Virus record (IMG/VR): IMGVR_UViG_3300017435_000029
DNA length: 64,000 nt
Source of the DNA: a virus
Direction: 5' to 3' (one strand)
Shown here in pieces: positions 8,506-16,707 of the stretch. How positions within the stretch are numbered: position 1 is the stretch's first letter; each line of letters starts with the position of its first letter. The position numbers were made by a program, and so were the translations under genes. The notes under the pieces were generated by a model. It did not search any database and was not told the DNA's origin. It saw only the letters and a list, made by a program, of their open reading frames with translations.

Positions 8506-8831
8506 GCGACCCCGCCGCTGAGCGGCTGCGGTGGGCCGAGGCGCTGGAGAGCGGCAAGTTCGAGCAGGCCGAGGGCGCGCTGAAAGACAGTGCGGGACAC
8601 TTCTGCTGCCTAGGCGTGGCGTGCGAGCTCTACGACCCGAGCAAGTGGAAGGTCGACGAAGAGCTTTACGTCGAATACGAGGGCATGCTCGGCATACCGC
8701 CCCCTCCCGTGCTGGAACGCTTCGGCATAACGGAAGACCAAGCCAACTACTTGGCGACCTTGAACGACAGCCAGGGCAAGACCTTCAAGGAGATTGCCCA
8801 GGTCATTCGTGAAGGCATCCCTTCGTGCTGA
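8502..8831 (+). CDS. conserved small Cys-containing protein, paralog 1 of 3 (W-EALESG-F...FCCLGV-CE...LATLND--G-TF--IA)
   Basis: GTGA overlap with the upstream stop; shares a motif pattern with 9636..9956 and 17187..17525. Confidence 0.6.
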   Translation: MSDPAAERLRWAEALESGKFEQAEGALKDSAGHFCCLGVACELYDPSKWKVDEELYVEYEGMLGIPPPPVLERFGITEDQANYLATLNDSQGKTFKEIAQVIREGIPSC

Positions 8832-9094
8832 CCGCGCTGGAGGGTGAGCCCACGGACGGCGTGGTCCTGTTCTGGGCAGGTTGGGCACCGCCCTCGACCG
8901 ACATGCGAGACATGATGCACGCGCTGCCGGACGAGTTCCGCCACGTGGACGTCGAGGCTAACCCCGAGGCCGCGCTCAAGAACGACGTCAGGGGGCTGCC
9001 GACCGTCGTGCTCTACAGGCGCGGCGTCGACATGTCGCGCAAGATCGGCTACATCAACGAGCAGGCCCTCCGCGCGTGGATCGCGGAGAACTGA
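8825..9094 (+). CDS. thioredoxin-fold protein lacking the CxxC active site (WAGWAPPS instead of WCGPC)
   Basis: VVLFWAGWAPPS...DVEANPEAALKNDVRGLPTVVLYRRG aligns to Trx VLVDFWAEWCGPC...[22 protein letters not shown]. Confidence 0.7.
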   Translation: MLTALEGEPTDGVVLFWAGWAPPSTDMRDMMHALPDEFRHVDVEANPEAALKNDVRGLPTVVLYRRGVDMSRKIGYINEQALRAWIAEN

Positions 9095-9198
9095 GCATCT
9101 TATATGATATCCACAGAGGAGGTCTCATGGGACCCTGACTACGTCCGACCAAGACCGGACAAGACTACACCACTCTGAACTCAAGTGAGGAATGAAAT

Positions 9199-9570
9199 AT
9201 GAAGATCGCGAACATGAACCAGGTCTGGCTCGCCAGCAAGGGCAAGCTCATCGCCTCGGCGGACGACATCGCCAACACCCTGGCCGACAAGCACAAGGTG
9301 CTGTGCGTCTGCGACCCCGACTCCGCTATCGTGATCCTCGAGACCTCCGACGAGGTCCTGGAGCAGCCCGACGACGCCGCGATCTACATCGTGGACAAGG
9401 GTGAGTTCGACGAGGTCCCCGGCGAGCTCGACCCGTTCGTCGCCACCGCCACCCCGACCGAGCGCTTCTTCGAGGAGAAGATCGAGTCGGCGTTCGGCGA
9501 GCCCGAGGAGGAGGACGAGCGGGAGACCGAGGACGCAGAGCTCAGCGAAGAGCACCAGCGGGCGCAGTAA
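9199..9570 (+). CDS. acidic hypothetical protein (123 aa)
   Basis: RBS AGTGAGGAATGAAAT upstream; acidic C-terminus EEEDERETEDAELSEE. Confidence 0.65.
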   Translation: MKIANMNQVWLASKGKLIASADDIANTLADKHKVLCVCDPDSAIVILETSDEVLEQPDDAAIYIVDKGEFDEVPGELDPFVATATPTERFFEEKIESAFGEPEEEDERETEDAELSEEHQRAQ

Positions 9571-9585
9571 GCGCCCACGTCCCGA

Positions 9586-9605
9586 GCACGACGTTAAACT
9601 GCTCC
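9586..9605 (+). promoter_or_regulatory. variant conserved element GCACGACGTTAAACTGCTCC (type B, copy 2)
   Basis: Near-identical to 5563-5581; preceded by the GGGCGC/GCGCCC hairpin that spans the stop codon. Confidence 0.5.
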
Positions 9606-9635
9606 TTCCCCCTAAATTTTTAGCGGAGTACGAGT

Positions 9636-9956
9636 ATGAAGCAGCTGGTGAGGGACGCCTTCGTGGCCAACCTCCGGAGCGGCGCGTACAAGCAGGGCAG
9701 GTTCAGCATGGGCTCCGGCCCGATGAACGAGACCATGAAGCCCCCGTGCATGTGCGCGGCGGGCGTCCTGGCCGACACTCTGGGCGCTACGTGGTGCATG
9801 TACCGAGAGGACACGTGGGTACCCACGGCCACCCGGTTCCAAGAGGCTAACGTCACGCTTCGCGAGGAGTGCGAGCTGGTGCAGATGAACGACAAGCTGG
9901 GGATGACCTTTCCCCAAATAGCAGAGGAGGTGCTCAAGTGGGAATGCACATCGTAG
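9636..9956 (+). CDS. conserved small Cys-containing protein, paralog 2 of 3 (LRSGAYKQG...CMCAAGV...NDKLGMTFPQIAEE)
   Basis: Same motif pattern as 8502..8831 and 17187..17525. Confidence 0.6.
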   Translation: MKQLVRDAFVANLRSGAYKQGRFSMGSGPMNETMKPPCMCAAGVLADTLGATWCMYREDTWVPTATRFQEANVTLREECELVQMNDKLGMTFPQIAEEVLKWECTS

Positions 9957-10267
9957 TGGGCGACGGCGGGTGGCTGCTGTCGCCCGGACTGACGCCCGAG
10001 GGACCCGCCCTCATCTTCCACAAGCTGGAGGCGGCAGGCGCCGTCGACGGCTCCCTAGGCCCGGTCCCGCAGCGCGAGCCGGACCTCTACATCGCTTTCA
10101 AGGAGATGCAAGGTGTGCACGCGTTCGTCGGAACACTCCAGGTCGTGGCCCAGCACATCGCCGCTCGTGCGGGTGCAGCTTACGGAGACGGCCCACGTGG
10201 GGCCGAGTGCGGCGGCGAAGATCCAGGACCTGGTGAGGGAGCACCCGACCCAATTCACCGCGACTGA
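9938..10267 (+). CDS. hypothetical protein; GTG start after RBS GAGGAGG. The 3' portion probably overlaps the next gene, or the two are one frameshifted gene.
   Basis: GC3 in this frame decays after about 10150 while the frame of the next gene becomes strongly GC3-rich. Confidence 0.4.
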   Translation: MGMHIVVGDGGWLLSPGLTPEGPALIFHKLEAAGAVDGSLGPVPQREPDLYIAFKEMQGVHAFVGTLQVVAQHIAARAGAAYGDGPRGAECGGEDPGPGEGAPDPIHRD

Positions 10268-10556
10268 GGTCGGCTACGGCTTCGAGCCCACGATCAAGGT
10301 CGAGACGTCGTCGGCGACCATGGCCTATGCGATCAGGCGCAAGATGTACCCGAGGGGCGACAAGCCGTCGAGCTTCTTCATGGTCATGTCCGACGACGCC
10401 TCCCGACCCCCTCCCAGGGTCCGCCACGCGGACTCCATGAAGGCGGAGACGGAGGCCACCCGGCTGGCCAAGCTGCACCCAGGGACCTCCTTCTACGTGC
10501 TGGAGGCGAGGTCTGAGTTCGTTATGACAGGGGTCGCTCGCCGTGAGCTGGCCTGA
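10167..10556 (+). CDS. hypothetical protein (start uncertain: GTG at 10167, 10173 or 10197)
   Basis: Strong GC3 and a protein-like translation (AKIQDLVREHPTQFTATEVGYGFEPTIKVET...) from about 10150. Confidence 0.45.
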   Translation: MRVQLTETAHVGPSAAAKIQDLVREHPTQFTATEVGYGFEPTIKVETSSATMAYAIRRKMYPRGDKPSSFFMVMSDDASRPPPRVRHADSMKAETEATRLAKLHPGTSFYVLEARSEFVMTGVARRELA

Positions 10557-10575
10557 ATTCAAGAGGAGAACCTAC

Positions 10576-11052
10576 GTGAAGGCAGTAATCTACGCATCCG
10601 TCATCGCCGCGTCCATGCTGGTCGCCTGCAGCCCGCAGGCCCAGGAGGACGGCTGCGCGAAGGCCAAGGACCCGACCGAGTGCCGCACCTACGTCGAGGC
10701 GGGCGGCTCCGACAACGACTACCTGCTGTACGGCCTCGGCGGCTACCTGCTCGGGCGCTCCGCCAGCGGCCAGCCGACGCTCCAGCCCCGACCGGACTAC
10801 CGGGGCTACCGCGCGCCGGTGACGACCCCGCGCCCCGTGGCCACCTACCGCGCGCCCGCGCCGTCGGCAGCTTACAAGGCACCCGCCGCGACGTACAAGG
10901 CTCCGGCTCCCTACAAGGCGCCGACCAGCTCGTACGTCTACAAGGCACCCCCGACGGTGACCTACTCGGCTCCCCGTGCGTACACCGCGCCGACCTACAC
11001 CGCCCCGGTGCGCGCCTACTCGCCGCCGCCCTCGGTGTCCTTCCGCCGCTGA
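10576..11052 (+). CDS. putative lipoprotein with Tyr-rich (A)PxYKAP repeats
   Basis: RBS AAGAGGAG sits 7 nt before GTG 10576. Signal peptide with lipobox MLVAC; C-terminal repeats YRAPAPSAAYKAPAATYKAPAPYKAPTSSYVYKAP. Confidence 0.6.
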   Translation: MKAVIYASVIAASMLVACSPQAQEDGCAKAKDPTECRTYVEAGGSDNDYLLYGLGGYLLGRSASGQPTLQPRPDYRGYRAPVTTPRPVATYRAPAPSAAYKAPAATYKAPAPYKAPTSSYVYKAPPTVTYSAPRAYTAPTYTAPVRAYSPPPSVSFRR

Positions 11053-11087
11053 TACCGCAACAACCACTCTGAAAGGTACTACCTGAC

Positions 11088-11681
11088 ATGGTAAAGGGAT
11101 ACACGAACTACCCGTTCCTCACGAAGCGGAACCTGGACAACCTCTGGAAGCTCTGCCGCCACCTCGAGCGCCTGCCGACGTGGTACGAACACTTCAACAT
11201 GGCGACGTACCACAACCAGAAGATCGCCGAGGAGCAGGTGAAGCCGCACAGCCAGTGGCCCTGCGGTACGGTCGCCTGCGCAGCCGGCCACTCGATCGAC
11301 GCGGGCGTGCCGTTCAACGCCCGCTTCATCGAGAAGCAGGAGGACCAGGAATGGGGCGAGCCGGCGTTCGAGTACCTGGCCGTCGACTGGGCCTCCTTCG
11401 CGGCGGACGCCTTCATGAATGACGAGACGCTCGAGAACAAGGAGGCGCAGCGCCTCTACTCGTGGCTGTTCAGCGGCGGGTGGCACTCGCTGGACAACAC
11501 CCACCGGGGCGCCGCGGCCCGAATCCGCTGGGTGCTGTACAACCTGCCGTTGCCGGGAGACCCCGAGGGCTACTACCCGGCGATGGACCACGGCGTCGTC
11601 GAGGCGTACCAGCCGTACGTGGTCAAGGGCGACAGCCTGCTGAACCACGCCAAGCGCTTCCTCGCCGGTCTCCGCCGGTGA
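11088..11681 (+). CDS. hypothetical protein (197 aa)
   Basis: Long ORF with a protein-like translation. Confidence 0.6.
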   Translation: MVKGYTNYPFLTKRNLDNLWKLCRHLERLPTWYEHFNMATYHNQKIAEEQVKPHSQWPCGTVACAAGHSIDAGVPFNARFIEKQEDQEWGEPAFEYLAVDWASFAADAFMNDETLENKEAQRLYSWLFSGGWHSLDNTHRGAAARIRWVLYNLPLPGDPEGYYPAMDHGVVEAYQPYVVKGDSLLNHAKRFLAGLRR

Positions 11682-11701
11682 CGGAGCGGGAGGCCAAGAG
11701 G

Positions 11702-11812
11702 ATGGGTGCCCTGGAGCAGGCGCTCCGGGACATCGCCAACGCGGCGCAAAGCGCCAACTGGCAAGTTATCAAGACCATCGCGCAGAGCGCGCTTGAGGAG
11801 AACAGAGCATGA
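11702..11812 (+). CDS. small hypothetical protein (36 aa; the alternative GTG 11678 would give 44 aa)
   Basis: RBS GGAGGCCAAGAGG before ATG 11702; its stop overlaps the start of the next gene. Confidence 0.35.
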   Translation: MGALEQALRDIANAAQSANWQVIKTIAQSALEENRA

Positions 11813-12591
11813 AGAAGATCATTGCAGCAGCGGCCCTCGCCCTCGTGTCGGCCTGCTCCAACGTCACGACCGAGGCGAACGAGGAGAAGGTGCTCAACGC
11901 CAAGCCCGTGTTCTTCGGCTCCGGCGGCGTCTACGACCAGCCCGTCAAGGGCTCGGAGTGGGTCGCGTGGTCGACCCAGGCCATCCCGGTCAACATGCAG
12001 CCCGAGCAGCACACGTTCGAGCTGAACGACCTGATGACCAGCGACGGCGTGCCGCTGGACTTCGACGCGTCCGTCGTGACCCAGGTCACGGACTCGGTCG
12101 GCCTGATCAAGCGGTTCGGCACCGGCTGGTACGACAACAACCTCCGCACCGAGCTGCTGTCGTACATCCGCGACGCCGTCAAGAAGCACGGCATGAACGA
12201 GACGGCGATCACGTCCAGCGCGGCGGCCAGCATCGACGCCGAGGTCTCGCGCCGCATCGAGGACTACCTCGCCCGCACCAAGTTCCCGGTGCGCCTCGTG
12301 CGCTTCACGATCGGCCGGGCCAACCCGCCGGACAGCGTGAAGAACCAGCGCATCGCGACGGCGGCGCAGCAGCAGCGCGTGCTGACGCTGAAGTCGGCGG
12401 TGGTCGCGGAGGAGCAGCGCGCGCTCTCCGAGGCCAAGCGCGCCAAGGCCGACCAGGCCTACAAGGAGGGCCTCGGGCTGTCGAGCGACCAGTACATGGA
12501 GAAGCTCAAGCTCGACACGCTCGGCCAGGTCTGCGGCAACAAGAACTGCACGTTCGTGCAGCAGGGCACGCCCCTGATCCTGAGCCGCTGA
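11809..12591 (+). CDS. putative lipoprotein with an SPFH/band-7-like domain
   Basis: Signal peptide with lipobox LVSAC. The C-terminal region VRLVRFTIGRANPPDSVKNQRIATAAQQQRVLTLKSAVVAEEQRALSEAKRAKADQAYKEG resembles the SPFH core plus its Ala/Glu-rich helix. Confidence 0.6.
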   Translation: MKKIIAAAALALVSACSNVTTEANEEKVLNAKPVFFGSGGVYDQPVKGSEWVAWSTQAIPVNMQPEQHTFELNDLMTSDGVPLDFDASVVTQVTDSVGLIKRFGTGWYDNNLRTELLSYIRDAVKKHGMNETAITSSAAASIDAEVSRRIEDYLARTKFPVRLVRFTIGRANPPDSVKNQRIATAAQQQRVLTLKSAVVAEEQRALSEAKRAKADQAYKEGLGLSSDQYMEKLKLDTLGQVCGNKNCTFVQQGTPLILSR

Positions 12592-12593
12592 GC

Positions 12594-12776
12594 GTGGACC
12601 TCGACTGGGGTCACGTGGACCGCATCGTCCGCTCGGTGGAGAAGCTGACACAGTCGGGGAGGGAGCGCGCCCTCTCCGACGTCTTCTCCGGCGTCTACGC
12701 GTACACCGAGGGCAGCAACGCGGAGAGGCTCGAGGCGGCCAAGGCCGCGACGGAGACCTTCAAGGAGCTGCTCTGA
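12594..12776 (+). CDS. hypothetical protein (60 aa)
   Basis: GTG 12594 is in frame with the 3' end of ORF 11706..12776; protein-like translation. Confidence 0.45.
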   Translation: MDLDWGHVDRIVRSVEKLTQSGRERALSDVFSGVYAYTEGSNAERLEAAKAATETFKELL

Positions 12777-12944
12777 TGACACCGCTCCACCTGCTCGCGG
12801 GCAGGACGGAGTACCGGCTGACCCCCTCCCAGTTCAGCTACCCTGGGAGAGGGCGCTACTTCACCCTCCGGCACCCGTCGTCGCCCCTCGTCCTGGCGGG
12901 AGGCGACCTACTGTACGTCTGGAGGGCGGCTCGGAGACACAGGG

Positions 12945-13700
12945 ATGCACTACTACGATCTGCCCTGCATGCGCGCGGGTAAGTCAACGTTCAACGACAC
13001 CATGGTGCTCGCTCACCTCCTGCGCGGCTCCACCGCCTGCACCTACGACGCGGGCTACACCACCATCACCCACAACGAGGAAGACAGCATGAACGACATC
13101 CAAATCCGCCGCGGCGACATCCTGACCTACCGCAACATGCACCCCGAGGGCAAGCCGGGGCAGGAGACCGTCAGCTCGTACTACGACGGCGTCTACCTCG
13201 CGATCGACGACAAGGTCGGCGACTTCGTGCCCGCCATCCGGTACACCGACCGGATCGGCGACTACTACTCGGCCAGCACCGAGCGGCGCACGATCGACCT
13301 GACGAAGGCCGTCGTCGAGAACCACGGGCGCGACGGCGACCGGGTCAAGCGCATGATCGACGCGCTGCGCCGCTTCTCGGAGACGCCGCCCAACCCGGTC
13401 AGCGGGAAGCGCGGCTACGTCGAATCCGTCTACACCGGGGCCGCGCACCTCGCCGACGAACTCGAGCTGCTCTTCGGCGACATGGACGACGAGCCGGACA
13501 CCCCAGAGGACGCGCGCCTCGACGAGCTGGCGACCGGGCTCGTGGTCGGCGTGGAGGTCTTCTCGGACGACGCCCCAGCTATCCAGGAGATCAGCGCCGA
13601 GCAGGCGATCGGCCTCTTCTACCTCCTGCTCAAGGACTGCGGCATGTCCCCGCAGGAGGCCGTGGCCGCGATCGAGGTCCTCGACGAGGCCCTGGGGTGA
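12945..13700 (+). CDS. hypothetical protein (start uncertain; ATG 13089 has the better RBS GAGGAAG)
   Basis: Long ORF with a protein-like translation. Confidence 0.5.
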   Translation: MHYYDLPCMRAGKSTFNDTMVLAHLLRGSTACTYDAGYTTITHNEEDSMNDIQIRRGDILTYRNMHPEGKPGQETVSSYYDGVYLAIDDKVGDFVPAIRYTDRIGDYYSASTERRTIDLTKAVVENHGRDGDRVKRMIDALRRFSETPPNPVSGKRGYVESVYTGAAHLADELELLFGDMDDEPDTPEDARLDELATGLVVGVEVFSDDAPAIQEISAEQAIGLFYLLLKDCGMSPQEAVAAIEVLDEALG

Positions 13701-14113
13701 TCTACGTCCTCGGGGAGCGACCCGGCCCCAACACGGACCCGGACTCTCCGCTCGACCCCGAGGGCAGCATGTCCGGCAAGCGCCTCAGCCAGCTCCTCGG
13801 ACTCACCCCCGAGGAGTACCTGGAACGTACGGTCCGGGTGAACGCCAACCCGGACCACCACGGCTCCACCGCCTCCAGGGGCGCTCGGGACAGGGCCGCC
13901 AACCACCTGGAAGCCAGCGCCTACAGACCGTTCCTGGTGCTCGGCAAGCAGGCCCTCAGGGCCATGCCCGAACGTTTCCGGAGCATGGAGATCGGGGACG
14001 TGCGAGAGAACGTCCTGCTGCTCCCGCACACCAGCGGGGTCTGCAGGGTGTGGAACGACAAGGAGTACATGGCCGCGCTCGGCGAGTTCGCCAGGGCGTT
14101 TGTGTCAGTCTAG
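13697..14113 (+). CDS. small UDG-superfamily-like protein (GERPGP motif A-like, HTSG motif B-like)
   Basis: IYVLGERPGP...SGKRLSQLLGL...LLLPHTSGVCRVW resembles family-4/5 uracil-DNA glycosylase motifs, but the protein is short (138 aa). Confidence 0.45.
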   Translation: MIYVLGERPGPNTDPDSPLDPEGSMSGKRLSQLLGLTPEEYLERTVRVNANPDHHGSTASRGARDRAANHLEASAYRPFLVLGKQALRAMPERFRSMEIGDVRENVLLLPHTSGVCRVWNDKEYMAALGEFARAFVSV

Positions 14114-14129
14114 CCCAGAGAGGGAACAC

Positions 14130-14345
14130 ATGGAGATCGACCGCAAGGACTTCCCGGAGACGGGCAAGTTCATGGTTATGAAGAAGCGGGGCGGCAAGAA
14201 GCCCCGCCGGATGCACGACACCTTCGACGAGGCCTCGCAGGAGGCCGTGCGCCTCAGCGGCAAGACCGACGGGGCGACGTTCATCGTGATACAACAGCAG
14301 GGCCGAGCCAAGGGGCTTCCCTCCAACCAGGAGAACACGCAATGA
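14130..14345 (+). CDS. hypothetical protein (71 aa)
   Basis: RBS GAGAGGGAAC precedes ATG 14130. Confidence 0.5.
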   Translation: MEIDRKDFPETGKFMVMKKRGGKKPRRMHDTFDEASQEAVRLSGKTDGATFIVIQQQGRAKGLPSNQENTQ

Positions 14346-14842
14346 CCGACATGCACATCCCGGAGGGGTTCCTCCGCGGGCAGACCGTGCGCGACCGGGT
14401 GACCGGCTTCACGGGCGTGCTGGTGTCCTTCGCCGAGCTGGCCAACGGCTCGGTGCACGCGCAGCTGCAGCCCAAGATGAAGGAGGGCGAGGCCTCCATC
14501 CCCGACCTCGTGAGCATGGACTTCTTCACCCTCGAGGTGGTGGACAACGCGCTGGTCGGCATCATGCCGCCGGTGGAGGGCTCTTTCGCCGTCAACCTGG
14601 GCGACCGGGTTCGCGACCGCGTCACCGGCCTCACGGGCGTCGTGAGCGAGCGCGTGGTCCAGCAGAACGGCTGCTTGTTCGTCCACGTCCAGCCCAGCAC
14701 CGACCACGGCCTCAACAGCCCGCGCGGCGCCTGGGCGGACCACAAGCAGGTCACGAAGATCGGCGGCACCAACCCGATCACCACGCCCGTGACGCCCCGC
14801 ACGTCGGGCTGCGCCACGCGGACGGGCACCCGCTGCCGTTGA
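14342..14842 (+). CDS. hypothetical protein with a tandem internal duplication (VRDRVTGFTGV / VRDRVTGLTGV; KOW-like)
   Basis: Two repeats of about 35 aa; ATGA overlap with the upstream gene. Confidence 0.55.
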   Translation: MTDMHIPEGFLRGQTVRDRVTGFTGVLVSFAELANGSVHAQLQPKMKEGEASIPDLVSMDFFTLEVVDNALVGIMPPVEGSFAVNLGDRVRDRVTGLTGVVSERVVQQNGCLFVHVQPSTDHGLNSPRGAWADHKQVTKIGGTNPITTPVTPRTSGCATRTGTRCR

Positions 14843-14901
14843 GCTGCATGATACTTGACGTCCTCGCGCTTCTCGAGGCGGAGGAACACGGGAGAGAGAA
14901 G

Positions 14902-15219
14902 ATGACCGACATCGAGGCGGCCATGCCGCCGGTCAAGCAGGAGCTGGACAGGCTGGGCCTCCGGCTGCTGCACATGAACAACACGTCGAACCCCTGGAAC
15001 GCGGGCACCCGCTCCTGGACCGCCGTGTACAAGGTCGAGGGGCCCTTCATCTACGTCTCCGTGACGTGGCTGAACCCCAAGGACAACTACTCGAGGCGTA
15101 TCGGAGCCCGCAGGGCGATCGACCTGTTCGAGAGCGGGGAGACCTTCCGGGTGCCCCGCAGCAAGGTCGTGCCGGCGGACAGGATCCTCACCGGCATGTT
15201 CAACGTACCCGTCAAGTGA
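14902..15219 (+). CDS. hypothetical protein (105 aa)
   Basis: RBS GGGAGAGAGAAG precedes ATG 14902. Confidence 0.5.
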   Translation: MTDIEAAMPPVKQELDRLGLRLLHMNNTSNPWNAGTRSWTAVYKVEGPFIYVSVTWLNPKDNYSRRIGARRAIDLFESGETFRVPRSKVVPADRILTGMFNVPVK

Positions 15220-15239
15220 TCTCAAGAGAGGAACAGAAG

Positions 15240-15686
15240 ATGAACGCACTACTCAGCTACGAGAACATGGTCGCCGCCACGCAGCGCCTGCGCGACCTCA
15301 ACACCCCCGAGGCGCTCGAGGGGGACGAGCGGGTGCTGGCCGTGGCCGAGAAGCTCGCCGCCTCGGACTTCGGCTGCCAGCACCATAACGTGCGCACCCT
15401 CGTCGCGGCCATACTCGGCGTCGACGAGGTGCCCGACCTGCGAGCCGCGGCCGTCCGCGAGTTCGTGGAAGGAGCCGTCATCAGCGTCGGCGACAGCAGG
15501 TACCTCGTTAGGGCCCTCGACGGCGACAACGACGCGCACGTCTTGCGAGAGGACTTCAGCCTGACGTACGGCCCCTCAGGCAACCGCTACGTCACGCGGC
15601 GAGATACCCTGTGGCGCGTCGCCAGCGACGAGGAGATCCGAGGCTTCTGCGTAGCGATCGGCGTGCCCGTGCCGGAGGCGGACTGA
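15240..15686 (+). CDS. hypothetical protein (148 aa)
   Basis: RBS AGAGAGGAACAGAAG precedes ATG 15240. Confidence 0.55.
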   Translation: MNALLSYENMVAATQRLRDLNTPEALEGDERVLAVAEKLAASDFGCQHHNVRTLVAAILGVDEVPDLRAAAVREFVEGAVISVGDSRYLVRALDGDNDAHVLREDFSLTYGPSGNRYVTRRDTLWRVASDEEIRGFCVAIGVPVPEAD

Positions 15687-15706
15687 ACAACCCAGGGGAG
15701 GCCAGC

Positions 15707-16435
15707 GTGGTCTCCCCACCTACAGGAGCGACTGAATTGAGCGATACAATCAAGATCGACAGCCGGGTGCGAGAGCTCGGCCAGTTCGCCATGGAGGTCC
15801 GCAACGAGGACCTCAAGAGCGAGCCCATGTTCTTCAACTGCGACCTCAACTTCGCGATGGAGGAGGGCGGAGACGTGACCCGGAGCTTCATATCGGCCCT
15901 GCCGCCGGAGTGGTTCATGGGCGACGTCGTGTTCGACAGCCGCGTCCACATGCTGATGCCCGGCTGGTACCCGGCGATCCCCGGCTTCCACCACGACGAC
16001 GTGCCCCGCCCGGAGCGCATCCCGGTGGGCCAGCACTTCGCCACGGCGGGCCAGCCCGACTACCGCGACATGCGCTACAAGGCCGAGCACATCCTTGGCC
16101 TGGTGCACGCGGAGGTGGCCCCGACGGAGTTCGCCGTCGGCGAGATCGAGCTGCCCCTGCTCGACCTGTCGGACCCGACCCAGCTGGTGTACCGCACCTG
16201 GCACTACAAGGTGCTGGAGGCGCTCGCCGAGGGCCGGATGCAGCGGTACGAGGCCCCGGACAGGACCCTCGTGCAGTTCGACTGGCAGTCGTTCCACCAG
16301 GCGGTGCGCGCGAGGGCGAACGGCTGGCGGTGGTTCGGCCGCGTGACCCGCAACAGCGACCGGACGCGCCGGATCACCAACGAGATCCGCTCGAACGCGC
16401 AGGTGTACCTCGAGTTCCCGATGGAGGGCTGGTGA
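15707..16435 (+). CDS. hypothetical protein (242 aa; His/Asp-rich segment PGFHHDDVP)
   Basis: RBS GGGGAGG sits 6 nt before GTG 15707. Confidence 0.55.
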   Translation: MVSPPTGATELSDTIKIDSRVRELGQFAMEVRNEDLKSEPMFFNCDLNFAMEEGGDVTRSFISALPPEWFMGDVVFDSRVHMLMPGWYPAIPGFHHDDVPRPERIPVGQHFATAGQPDYRDMRYKAEHILGLVHAEVAPTEFAVGEIELPLLDLSDPTQLVYRTWHYKVLEALAEGRMQRYEAPDRTLVQFDWQSFHQAVRARANGWRWFGRVTRNSDRTRRITNEIRSNAQVYLEFPMEGW

Positions 16436-16707
16436 TGGACTTCAAGATCGACCACAGGGGCAACCCGCGGCTTCACAGGCTGTACGTACGCTACGCCATC
16501 GAGCATTTGAAGCCGATGATGGAGTGCGTCGACGACCTGGAAGGCCAGAGCCGGGTCAACGCTCTCGTCACTGCGGGTCTGCTCCGGCAGCGCATGCGGG
16601 AGCTCGTCCTCGAGGACAGCGCGTACTTCGAGGCCGGCGCTCTCCTGTTCGCGGGGGCAGACACTACCTCCTACTTCGTTGATGAGAAAGGAAAACCGAG
16701 TGGTTAA
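16435..16707 (+). CDS. hypothetical protein (90 aa)
   Basis: TGATG overlap with the upstream gene. Confidence 0.5.
   Translation: MDFKIDHRGNPRLHRLYVRYAIEHLKPMMECVDDLEGQSRVNALVTAGLLRQRMRELVLEDSAYFEAGALLFAGADTTSYFVDEKGKPSG

Noticed and set aside
12776-12982. ORF 12776..12982 (68 aa)
   Set aside because: The composition is R-rich and GC3 decays. It overlaps a candidate start of the next gene, so it is more likely non-coding or a 5' extension artefact.
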